A DNA stretch of 64,000 nucleotides from an uncultured Bifidobacteriaceae bacterium (lineage in GTDB: Bacteria > Verrucomicrobiota > Verrucomicrobiia > Limisphaerales > UBA11358). The position numbers were made by a program, and so were the translations under genes. The stretch lies in the NCBI GenBank assembly GCA_964536285.1, contig CAZHXG010000004.1:11121-75120 (forward strand), given 5' to 3'. The stretch's first letter is position 1; the number at the start of each line of letters is the position of its first letter. Below the pieces are notes generated by a model. That model made no database searches, had not been told where the DNA came from, and saw only the letters and a list, made by a program, of their open reading frames with translations. Shown piece after piece: positions 51,330 through 58,512 of the stretch.

Positions 51330-52395
51330 AATCAAAAACATCAAACCCATGAGCACCGTGCCCGCGCCTTCGCTCGGCTACGTGCTGGTCGTGGACGATG
51401 AAGAACAAAACCGCAGTTTGTTGCGCGATCCGCTGGAAGCGCGCGGCTATGAAATCGCCGAGGCCGAAAATGGCATGGTTGCGCTGGAGAAAATCGCCGC
51501 GCGCCTGCCCGATGTCATTTTGCTGGACGTGATGATGCCGCAAATGGACGGCTTTGAAGTTTGTCGCCGGTTGAAGACCGATTCCAAAACGGCGCACATT
51601 CCCATTTTGATGGTGACCGCGCTGTCCGAACGCAAGGAGCGGCTGATGGGCATCGCCGTCGGGGCGAACGATTTTTTGAACAAGCCGGTGGATATCCAGG
51701 ACGTGACCTTGCGCGTCGGCAACGCCGTCTATACCAAACATCTTCGCGACCAGTTGCAAGTAGAGCAGGAAAAGTCCGAGCAATTACTGCTGAACATTCT
51801 GCCCAAGCCTGTCGCGGAACGAATGAAAAAAGGCGAGACGAACATCGCCGACAGTTATCCCGATGTCACGGTGCTGCTCGCGGATTTGGTCGGCTTCACG
51901 ACGTTGTCCGCGCATATCGGGCCGGAGCAAATTGTGCAATTGTTGAACGAAATTTTTTCCGCGTTCGATCTGCTGGCGGAAAAACACGGCCTGGAAAAAA
52001 TCAAAACCATCGGCGACGCCTACATGGTGGCCGGCGGCATTTCTTTTCCACGGCCGGACCATGCCGAAGCCTGCGCCGAACTCGCGCTCAACTTGCAGGC
52101 CGAAATTGTGCGACTCAACCACGAGTATGACACGTCCGTCCGATTGCGCATTGGTATCTGCACTGGCTCGGTCATCGCTGGTGTCATTGGACGCAAAAGA
52201 TTCGCCTACGATCTTTGGGGTGAAACCGTCAACCTCGCCTGCCGTTTGGAATCAACGGGCGAAACGGGAAAAATTCAAATCGCCGAATCCACCTACGAAC
52301 GGTTGAAACATCAATATCAGTTTGAACCGAAACATAGAATTGACGTCAAGGGACACGGCGACCTGTCTGCCTACTGGCTCGATAGGCGGACATAA
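51310..52395 (+). CDS. Receiver-coupled class III adenylate/guanylate cyclase
   Basis: N-terminal REC (VLVVDDEEQNRSLL...ILLDVMMPQMDG). C-terminal cyclase motifs VTVLLADLVGFT, KTIGDAYMVAGG, RIGICTGSVIAGVIG and DLWGETVNLACRLES. Confidence 0.92.
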   Translation: MKIMQSEIKNIKPMSTVPAPSLGYVLVVDDEEQNRSLLRDPLEARGYEIAEAENGMVALEKIAARLPDVILLDVMMPQMDGFEVCRRLKTDSKTAHIPILMVTALSERKERLMGIAVGANDFLNKPVDIQDVTLRVGNAVYTKHLRDQLQVEQEKSEQLLLNILPKPVAERMKKGETNIADSYPDVTVLLADLVGFTTLSAHIGPEQIVQLLNEIFSAFDLLAEKHGLEKIKTIGDAYMVAGGISFPRPDHAEACAELALNLQAEIVRLNHEYDTSVRLRIGICTGSVIAGVIGRKRFAYDLWGETVNLACRLESTGETGKIQIAESTYERLKHQYQFEPKHRIDVKGHGDLSAYWLDRRT

Positions 52396-52471
52396 CTTTG
52401 CGAAACAGCTTCGGGCAGTTGCGGCTTGAGTGTTTGGGTGATTATCGTCGCCGAGGCTTCATTAAATTTCT

Positions 52472-52492
52472 GGTAGGGTAACACCCCATAGC
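52472..52492 (+). promoter_or_regulatory. Conserved stress box
   Basis: GGTAGGGTAACACCCCATAGC, preceded by an AT-rich stretch ATTAAATTTC. Confidence 0.6.
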
Positions 52493-52561
52493 ACCCCTTT
52501 GGTCTCCGGCTTATGCTCGCAATATGAATAACAAAACGCTCATCCAAATTGGAGGCAATAT

Positions 52562-52759
52562 ATGTCGCTGATTTCTCTCGTCATTACTCTGATCGTCGTT
52601 GGTGTGTTGCTCTGGCTGGTCAATACCTACATTCCGATGGATGGAAAGATCAAAAAAATTCTCAACGTCGTCGTGGTGATTTGCGTCGTCGTGTGGTTGT
52701 TGTTCGCCTTCGGCATTCTCAACCATTCAAGCGAAATCCGTGTCCCACAGGTTCAGTAG
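52562..52759 (+). CDS. Small two-TM membrane protein (Thivi_2564-like family)
   Basis: MSLISLVITLIVVGVLLWLVNTYIPMDGKIKKILNVVVVICVVVWLL matches my memory of this small-protein family. A GGAGG lies 8 nt upstream. Confidence 0.6.
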   Translation: MSLISLVITLIVVGVLLWLVNTYIPMDGKIKKILNVVVVICVVVWLLFAFGILNHSSEIRVPQVQ

Positions 52760-53163
52760 CAGGTCGCCGTGAAATACATCAACCCATGAAGCAAATTTGA
52801 AGTTGTGAAAGCATCCTTTGAAACTGGTGGCGACAAACCGCGATTAGGTCAACCTGAAAACAGGCGAATCCGTTCCAATGCATTCTCATGGTCAGGGACG
52901 ATGAATCTGCCAACACTAAATCAAACTCGCTTTAGGAACGCCAGTCGAGGATTGAGCGAGCTTTGGATGGACACAAACTGTGAAAGCAAAAGTATTCGAA
53001 GTCATTCTCCATAAGCTGTCATCTGGCAAGTCGTCGGCAAACGCTATTGAGGAATAGTTCAACAGCTTTCTTGTGCAACACCCGAACCTTCGAGCGGTGG
53101 TGGCGCACGCGGTTACAGAAAATTTAGCATTAAAAAACATAACAAATAAAAACGACAGAAAAT

Positions 53164-53469
53164 ATGAACAAACATACTCAAGCAACCAGCAATGACATGG
53201 GCACGCTCGCCGAAGATGCGCGCGCCTTGATGGCCGCCACCGTGGACGTGGCCGGGGAAAAAGTCGGCGAAGCCCGCAAACGTCTCGCGGCCGCGCTGGA
53301 ACGCGCCAAGGAAATCGCGGGCAACGTTCGTGACAAAGCGGTCGCGGGCGCGAAAGCCACCGACGAAGCCGTGCGTGAACATCCTTATCAAGCCATCGCC
53401 ATCGGCGTTGGTGTCGGAGCGATTCTCGGTTATATCATGGCTCGCCGGTGCTCCCGCAGCCGCGACTGA
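53164..53469 (+). CDS. DUF883 (ElaB/YqjD family) membrane-anchored stress protein
   Basis: 101 aa ending EHPYQAIAIGVGVGAILGYIMARR, the canonical C-terminal anchor of YqjD/ElaB. Confidence 0.85.
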   Translation: MNKHTQATSNDMGTLAEDARALMAATVDVAGEKVGEARKRLAAALERAKEIAGNVRDKAVAGAKATDEAVREHPYQAIAIGVGVGAILGYIMARRCSRSRD

Positions 53470-53476
53470 TTTCGTT

Positions 53477-53866
53477 ATGGAAGAATCCACTGCCAGCTTC
53501 GGGCAACTCGCCTCAACCTCGAAACAGTTTGCGCAACGCTTGTTGACCATCGGGGAAAACCGGCTCGAACTGTTGGCGGTGGAAGTGCAGGAGGAACGCG
53601 AGCGACTCCTGCACGCCATCCTGCTGGCGCTCGGCGTGGCGGCGCTCGGTCTGCTCGCCGGCATTACACTCACGGCTGCCATCGTGGTTTTGTTGTGGGC
53701 GTGGTCACAAGTGGCCGTCCTGCTGATATTGACCGGCCTTTACGGAGCAACCGGGGTTTGTCTTTATCGGCGACTCACCAAACTGTTGCGTGACTGGCAA
53801 ACGCTCTCCGTTACGCTCGATCAACTCCGAAAGGATCGAACATGTTTGGAAAAAATATTCTCATGA
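53477..53866 (+). CDS. YqjE-like (DUF1469, phage-holin-family annotation) membrane protein
   Basis: 129 aa from the ATG at 53477, with two TM helices. It holds the position after DUF883 as in the E. coli yqjD-yqjE-yqjK arrangement. Confidence 0.65.
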   Translation: MEESTASFGQLASTSKQFAQRLLTIGENRLELLAVEVQEERERLLHAILLALGVAALGLLAGITLTAAIVVLLWAWSQVAVLLILTGLYGATGVCLYRRLTKLLRDWQTLSVTLDQLRKDRTCLEKIFS

Positions 53867-54171
53867 ACCCGCTCACATCCCGGAAAAAACTTCTGATTGC
53901 GGAAAGCGAACTCAACCGCGCACAACTGGTTCAGGAATTGGAGACGATGGCGGACGAAGTCCACTCGCTCGCAAATCAGGCCAGAACCATCAGTTCCTTT
54001 GCGTCAACCGCCGTATCGTTGGTTGCAGGTCTTGCGTCTTTCCGACGCAAAAAGTCCGCGCCCGCTGCCGAAAAACCTTCACGGTGGCAGACTATCTTGA
54101 AAGGCGCGCAATTGGCCGGTTCGCTCTGGTCGGAATTTCGTTCACACCGTCGCGATCGGGACGGACTTTAA
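53863..54171 (+). CDS. YqjK-like protein
   Basis: The ATG at 53863 overlaps the previous stop (ATGA); an alternative start lies at 53842. The N-terminal LIAESELNRAQL helix and one TM match the YqjK pattern. Confidence 0.55.
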   Translation: MNPLTSRKKLLIAESELNRAQLVQELETMADEVHSLANQARTISSFASTAVSLVAGLASFRRKKSAPAAEKPSRWQTILKGAQLAGSLWSEFRSHRRDRDGL

Positions 54172-54185
54172 TTCGTAATATCCGC

Positions 54186-54206
54186 GGTAGGGTTACACCC
54201 CATAGC
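54186..54206 (+). promoter_or_regulatory. Conserved stress box
   Basis: GGTAGGGTTACACCCCATAGC. The ATG at 54237 lies 39 nt after the first C of CCCCAT. Confidence 0.6.
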
Positions 54207-54236
54207 GCCTGCAGGTTTTTGAACTATTCTCATTCC

Positions 54237-54692
54237 ATGAATTACAAAGAACTTTTCTTCCGAACCGACAAAGCCGGATTCGCGTTGGGTGCTGTGCTTC
54301 TGGCGATGTTGACCGGATGCGTGGGTTACGTTGATGGTCCACGCGCCGGCGTATATGTAGCACCGCCGGTGGTGGAAACTGCAGTCGCGGTGCAAGACGA
54401 CTATGTTTATTACCCCAACTATGAAGTCTATTACAGCAGCAGCCGGCATCAATACGCTTACCTGGAAGGTGGCGGATGGGTTTCGCGCCCAGCGCCGCGT
54501 GGAGTGTCAGTCAATGTACTGCTTGCTTCACCTTCAGTAAGGATGAATTTCCACGATTCCCCGGCGAATCACCACGCGGAGATTGTTCGGCAGTATCCGA
54601 AAAATTGGAAGTCGTCCGGCTCGCATCAAGGCCAGAAAGAAAATCGCAAGGACGACAAACAAAACGATCACGGAGAAAATAACGGAAGATAA
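54237..54692 (+). CDS. Putative lipoprotein, hypothetical
   Basis: Lipobox LTGC after a hydrophobic segment, and a basic Lys/Asn/Asp-rich tail. Confidence 0.55.
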   Translation: MNYKELFFRTDKAGFALGAVLLAMLTGCVGYVDGPRAGVYVAPPVVETAVAVQDDYVYYPNYEVYYSSSRHQYAYLEGGGWVSRPAPRGVSVNVLLASPSVRMNFHDSPANHHAEIVRQYPKNWKSSGSHQGQKENRKDDKQNDHGENNGR

Positions 54693-54728
54693 ACAAGCGA
54701 ACCACATTCGCACATCGAAAGGAACGTT

Positions 54729-54884
54729 ATGTTGGGAACTGTTTTATTGATTGTACTCATCCTTATGTTGCTCGGCGCACTTCCCACGTGGCCACACAGC
54801 AAGAATTGGGGTTATTACCCGAGCGGCGGATTGGGACTGATTCTGGTGATTCTCATTGTCCTGCTTTTGCTTGGTAGAATTTGA
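54729..54884 (+). CDS. DUF3309-family small membrane protein (51 aa), not in the ORF track
   Basis: My hand translation gives MLGTVLLIVLILMLLGALPTWPHSKNWGYYPSGGLGLILVILIVLLLLGRI. The LPTWP...WGYYPSGGLG core is diagnostic of DUF3309. Confidence 0.75.
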   Translation: MLGTVLLIVLILMLLGALPTWPHSKNWGYYPSGGLGLILVILIVLLLLGRI

Positions 54885-54995
54885 ACAGGCTGGGCTGTAC
54901 TCCATCGGTCGTAAGGGTTTCCGGTTGACTAGACAGAATACCGGGCAAGTTATTTTTGGGTAACGGTTCGCGCAATTTCCGCGAAAGACAAATTT

Positions 54996-55712
54996 ATGTT
55001 ACGAAGCATTAAACAATTATACGGAAACAAACTTGGTGCGTCAGATGGCGAGATCGGCCATGTGAAGAATTTTTATTTTGACGTTCAGAACTGGGCGGTG
55101 CGTTATCTGGTCGCTGAAACAGGAACATGGTTGACGAGCCGTCAGGTGCTGCTCTCGCCTCATACCTTGGGTAACGCTGATCCATCTAGTAAAGTTTTGT
55201 CTGTCAACCTGACCCGGAAACAGATTGAGGATAGTCCTTCGCTAGAATGGCATAAGCCGGTATCCCGACAATATGAGGAGGAGTATTACCGATATTACGG
55301 CTGGCCCCGCTACTGGCAGGGTGACGGGTTGTGGGGTATGAATGATTTTCCAATTTTGAAACGGCCTGCAAGACATTTTCCAAGCAAACCAATCACTACG
55401 ATTGATTCGCAACACGAACGTTCCGATACGCATCTGCGTAGCACGCAGGCCGTGAAGACCTGCCACATCCAAACCGGCGATGGAATCATCGGCCAGGTCT
55501 GCGATTTTATGATGGACGCCCGAAGCTGGGCGATTAGTCATCTGGTCATCAAAACCACCGATCATCGACTTTCGGCCAGGGAGATAAAAATACCGACGGG
55601 CAAAGTTGACCGGATCAATTATGAGGAATCCACGATGTTCATAAATTTGACCGGTAAAGTCGTCGGACAGAGACCCGCACACCGTTTAACTCCGGCTGTT
55701 GCGGCAGATTGA
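54996..55712 (+). CDS. PRC-barrel domain protein (two barrels)
   Basis: GASDGEIGHVKNFYFDVQNWAVRYLV, and a second copy TGDGIIGQVCDFMMDARSWAISHLV. Confidence 0.8.
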   Translation: MLRSIKQLYGNKLGASDGEIGHVKNFYFDVQNWAVRYLVAETGTWLTSRQVLLSPHTLGNADPSSKVLSVNLTRKQIEDSPSLEWHKPVSRQYEEEYYRYYGWPRYWQGDGLWGMNDFPILKRPARHFPSKPITTIDSQHERSDTHLRSTQAVKTCHIQTGDGIIGQVCDFMMDARSWAISHLVIKTTDHRLSAREIKIPTGKVDRINYEESTMFINLTGKVVGQRPAHRLTPAVAAD

Positions 55713-55718
55713 CGCCGT

Positions 55719-55740
55719 TATAGGGTGAACACCCCATAGC
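55719..55740 (+). promoter_or_regulatory. Conserved stress box (variant with a 1-nt longer spacer)
   Basis: TATAGGGTGAACACCCCATAGC. The ATG at 55773 lies 41 nt after the first C of CCCCAT. Confidence 0.55.
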
Positions 55741-55772
55741 GAACACACCGTTGCACAGTTTATTCTCCATGT

Positions 55773-56024
55773 ATGAAACATAATAAATTTCCCCAAAACC
55801 AAAAACCGGCCGGCGCTTTGCGGCCAACTGCGGCGACGGACTTGAACCGAAATGAAATTGATTTTGCACCCGCACCGGAAGAAGTGGCCAGAAAGGCATA
55901 CTTCAGTTACGTGAACCAGGGTTCGTCGCAAGGGCACGAGGTGCAGCATTGGCTGGAAGCCGAATCGCAATTGCTCGCGGAACGCAAACTCACCCGGACT
56001 CATGGGTTTCACAACAAGACCTAA
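55773..56024 (+). CDS. DUF2934-like small protein
   Basis: EEVARKAYFSYVNQGSSQGHEVQHWLEAESQLL matches the DUF2934 A..AY......G...G...D.W..AE..L pattern. Confidence 0.6.
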   Translation: MKHNKFPQNQKPAGALRPTAATDLNRNEIDFAPAPEEVARKAYFSYVNQGSSQGHEVQHWLEAESQLLAERKLTRTHGFHNKT

Positions 56025-56048
56025 AACAAATTATCCAGATGGCCAATC

Positions 56049-56258
56049 ATGAAAGACCCGGTCTATAAACTCATCGAACTCACCGGCACATCCGCTACCT
56101 CCATTGAGAACGCGGTTGAGAAGGCCATAAAACGCGCACACAAAACCATCAAGAACCTGTGCTGGTTCCAAGTGATCGAAACGCGCGGCAACATCGAAAA
56201 GGGAAAGGTGCATCACTGGCAGGTGACCATCAAAATCGGTTTCGCCGTGAAAGACTGA
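56049..56258 (+). CDS. Dodecin family flavin-binding protein
   Basis: 69 aa. VYKLIELTGTSATSIENAVEKAI...WFQVIETRG...HWQVTIKIGF is typical of dodecins. Confidence 0.82.
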   Translation: MKDPVYKLIELTGTSATSIENAVEKAIKRAHKTIKNLCWFQVIETRGNIEKGKVHHWQVTIKIGFAVKD

Positions 56259-56301
56259 ACACCATCAAGCGCGAAAGCTGCAGTTTAATTTTAAAAATAT
56301 T

Positions 56302-56787
56302 ATGACTAAAGAACACACGACAGCAGGATTGAATATCACTCGCAAAGAGATGATCGGGTTGTTGAACGAGGATCTGGCCGGAGAATATCAGGCCATCATC
56401 GCCTACACAGTGTATAGCCAGGTGCTCAAAGGAGCCGCTTACACGGACATTGCGCGGGAATTGGAACTGCATGCGGTCGAAGAATTGCAGCACGCAATAA
56501 AGATCGCGAAACAGATTGATTATCTCGGCGGCATGCCGGGCGTCACGCCCAAGCCGGTCAAAACTTCAAGCGACCCCGTTGCCATGCTGCGCGCGGATCT
56601 GGAGAACGAACGGACAACGGTCGGGCGCTATCGCGAGCGCATCCGGCAGGCCGAGGCGATGGGGGAATTCGGGTTGAGCGAAACATTGCGCGCGATCATC
56701 GTGCAGGAGCAGGAGCATGAAATTGATTTGAGCTCTGCGCTCGGCATCGATGTGCCTCCTGCAAAAAATCCTGCAGACAAAAAATAG
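56302..56787 (+). CDS. Ferritin-like (bacterioferritin/Dps-like four-helix) protein
   Basis: LNEDLAGEYQAIIAY..., ELELHAVEELQHA... and IIVQEQEHE di-iron-type glutamate/histidine ligand pattern. Confidence 0.75.
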   Translation: MTKEHTTAGLNITRKEMIGLLNEDLAGEYQAIIAYTVYSQVLKGAAYTDIARELELHAVEELQHAIKIAKQIDYLGGMPGVTPKPVKTSSDPVAMLRADLENERTTVGRYRERIRQAEAMGEFGLSETLRAIIVQEQEHEIDLSSALGIDVPPAKNPADKK

Positions 56788-56810
56788 TCGAAATCCAGCA
56801 AAGGACACCC

Positions 56811-56996
56811 ATGCCTCAAGGTGATAAATCCAGCTATACTGACAAACAGAAACGTCAGGCGGCACATATCGAAGCCGGCTACGAGAAAAAAGGTGTCAGC
56901 ACGAAATCCGCCGAAGCGCGGGCCTGGGCCACCGTCAACAAACTCACCGGCGGCGGCAAAAAAAGCGGCTCCGGAAGAAAACAAGAATTAATTTGA
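56811..56996 (+). CDS. Small basic stress-associated protein
   Basis: 61 aa. SSYTDKQKRQAAHIEAGYEKKGVSTKSAEARAWATVNK resembles a widespread small family that is often annotated as plasmid stabilization protein. Confidence 0.5.
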   Translation: MPQGDKSSYTDKQKRQAAHIEAGYEKKGVSTKSAEARAWATVNKLTGGGKKSGSGRKQELI

Positions 56997-57000
56997 AATT

Positions 57001-57297
57001 GTGCCAGCCTTGACCGCCAAGCAAATAAATCTTCGCTTGAAAACCATTCCGGACTGGGCGAAGCGCGCGCAAACCATTTGCCGCACATTCAAGTTTGAGG
57101 GATTCCTGATGAGCATCGCTTTTGTGCGTCGAATCGCCAAACAAGCTCAAAAAATCAATCATCATCCGGATATTGACATTCGTTTTGACAAGGTGACGTT
57201 GACGCTCACCACGCATGACGAAGGAGGAATCACCGGAAAAGATTTCCTGCTGGCCGGGCAATGCGACGTGGTCTTCTCCAGATTTTCTGCGTCTTGA
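57001..57297 (+). CDS. 4a-hydroxytetrahydrobiopterin (pterin-4-alpha-carbinolamine) dehydratase
   Basis: 98 aa with a GTG start. FKFEGFLMSIAFVRRIAKQAQKINHHPDIDIRFDKVTLTLTTHD is the PCD signature. Confidence 0.85.
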   Translation: MPALTAKQINLRLKTIPDWAKRAQTICRTFKFEGFLMSIAFVRRIAKQAQKINHHPDIDIRFDKVTLTLTTHDEGGITGKDFLLAGQCDVVFSRFSAS

Positions 57298-57349
57298 ATC
57301 AACGCAATTTCACATCGTACAAACAGCCGGGGCGTCCTCGGACAATCAC

Positions 57350-57370
57350 GGTAGGGTTACACCCCATGGG
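57350..57370 (+). promoter_or_regulatory. Conserved stress box
   Basis: GGTAGGGTTACACCCCATGGG. It lies 78 nt upstream of the ATG at 57440. Confidence 0.55.
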
Positions 57371-57439
57371 CACGGCATAAGTGGTCGCGTAAAATTCCAT
57401 AGAAATAACGGCAAATGAATTGCCATTAAAAAAAGACTT

Positions 57440-58012
57440 ATGAATACCAATGCAAAATCACAACACGCGGCAGAACAATACAAGCCGCAGTTTCTGAAGC
57501 TCATTTTCAACTCCGCATCAGCCACGATGACCATGGTCTTGTTGGCGTTGGGAATTCTGGTTCCAAGTGCAAACGCAGCAACGACCATCTCCACGGCGGA
57601 TCAAGACTTTATGCTGGCGGCTGCCCAAGGCGGCATGACCGAGGTGAAGCTCGGCGAACTGGCTTCCACCAACGGGGTGCGTGACGATGTCAAGTCGTTC
57701 GGCCAGATGATGGTGAAGGATCACACGGCCATCAATGACGACCTGAAGGCATTGGCCGCGCAAAAGGGCGTGACCTTGCCCGACAGCCTGGATGCAACAC
57801 ATCAGGCGATGGTGGATAAATTTACGGTCTTGACCGGTTCGAAATTCGACGACGCATATATCAGGGGCATGATCAAAGCCCATCAAAAGGACGCCACGGC
57901 ATTCAAAACCGAATTTGTCGCCACGCAGGACGCGGATATTAAAAACTTCCTCGATAAATCCATTCCCGTTGTGGAAGCGCATTTGCAGCACGTCATAGCC
58001 CTGAGGAAATAA
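57440..58012 (+). CDS. DUF4142-domain exported protein
   Basis: Signal peptide, then DQDFMLAAAQGGMTEVKLGELA and a second half-repeat (FDDAYIRGMIKAHQKD), as in DUF4142. Confidence 0.7.
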   Translation: MNTNAKSQHAAEQYKPQFLKLIFNSASATMTMVLLALGILVPSANAATTISTADQDFMLAAAQGGMTEVKLGELASTNGVRDDVKSFGQMMVKDHTAINDDLKALAAQKGVTLPDSLDATHQAMVDKFTVLTGSKFDDAYIRGMIKAHQKDATAFKTEFVATQDADIKNFLDKSIPVVEAHLQHVIALRK

Positions 58013-58048
58013 AGTTTCGATACGATCACACCAAAAAAAATTAAAAAT

Positions 58049-58501
58049 ATGAAAACACCCATCATTGAACGCGACCTGACCAAACAAGCCCCGCACAGCC
58101 CGCGCGAACGCATCGCCGGATTCGCCATCGCCGACCGCACCACGGATAAATGCCGCGCCAGTCTGGCCGGAAAGTTGGGCGAATATCATTACGATTGTCC
58201 GCTCGACAATATGCTTTTCAGTTTCAAGGGCATCACCAGCCACGAGTTCAAATCCGCCGTCCAAGCCGCGAAAAATTATGAAGACGTCGGCGTCTGGTTG
58301 CAGGCCAATGGCACAAAAAAAACCCCGGCTGAAATCAAAACATGGTCGGATGAAGTGGAGGCCGGCAGCATGATGAAAAATCCCGAAAAGCGCGCTTACT
58401 TCATTGAGGAATGCAAGAAGCTCGGACTGAACCCGGAGAAGAGCACCACGTTCGACTGGCTTGAAGCGGACGACCGCGCGAGTTTTCGCCACGCAACCTG
58501 A
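58049..58501 (+). CDS. DUF5069-like protein
   Basis: 150 aa. SPRERIAGFAIADRTTDKCRASLAGKLGEYHYDCPLDNMLF matches my memory of DUF5069. Not verified. Confidence 0.5.
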   Translation: MKTPIIERDLTKQAPHSPRERIAGFAIADRTTDKCRASLAGKLGEYHYDCPLDNMLFSFKGITSHEFKSAVQAAKNYEDVGVWLQANGTKKTPAEIKTWSDEVEAGSMMKNPEKRAYFIEECKKLGLNPEKSTTFDWLEADDRASFRHAT

Positions 58502-58512
58502 AGCCGTTTCGC

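Noticed and set aside
52805-53014. 69-aa plus-strand ORF in the long intergenic gap.
   Set aside because: The composition is not protein-like for this genome, there is no family resemblance and no RBS or box in front. The region is treated as non-coding.
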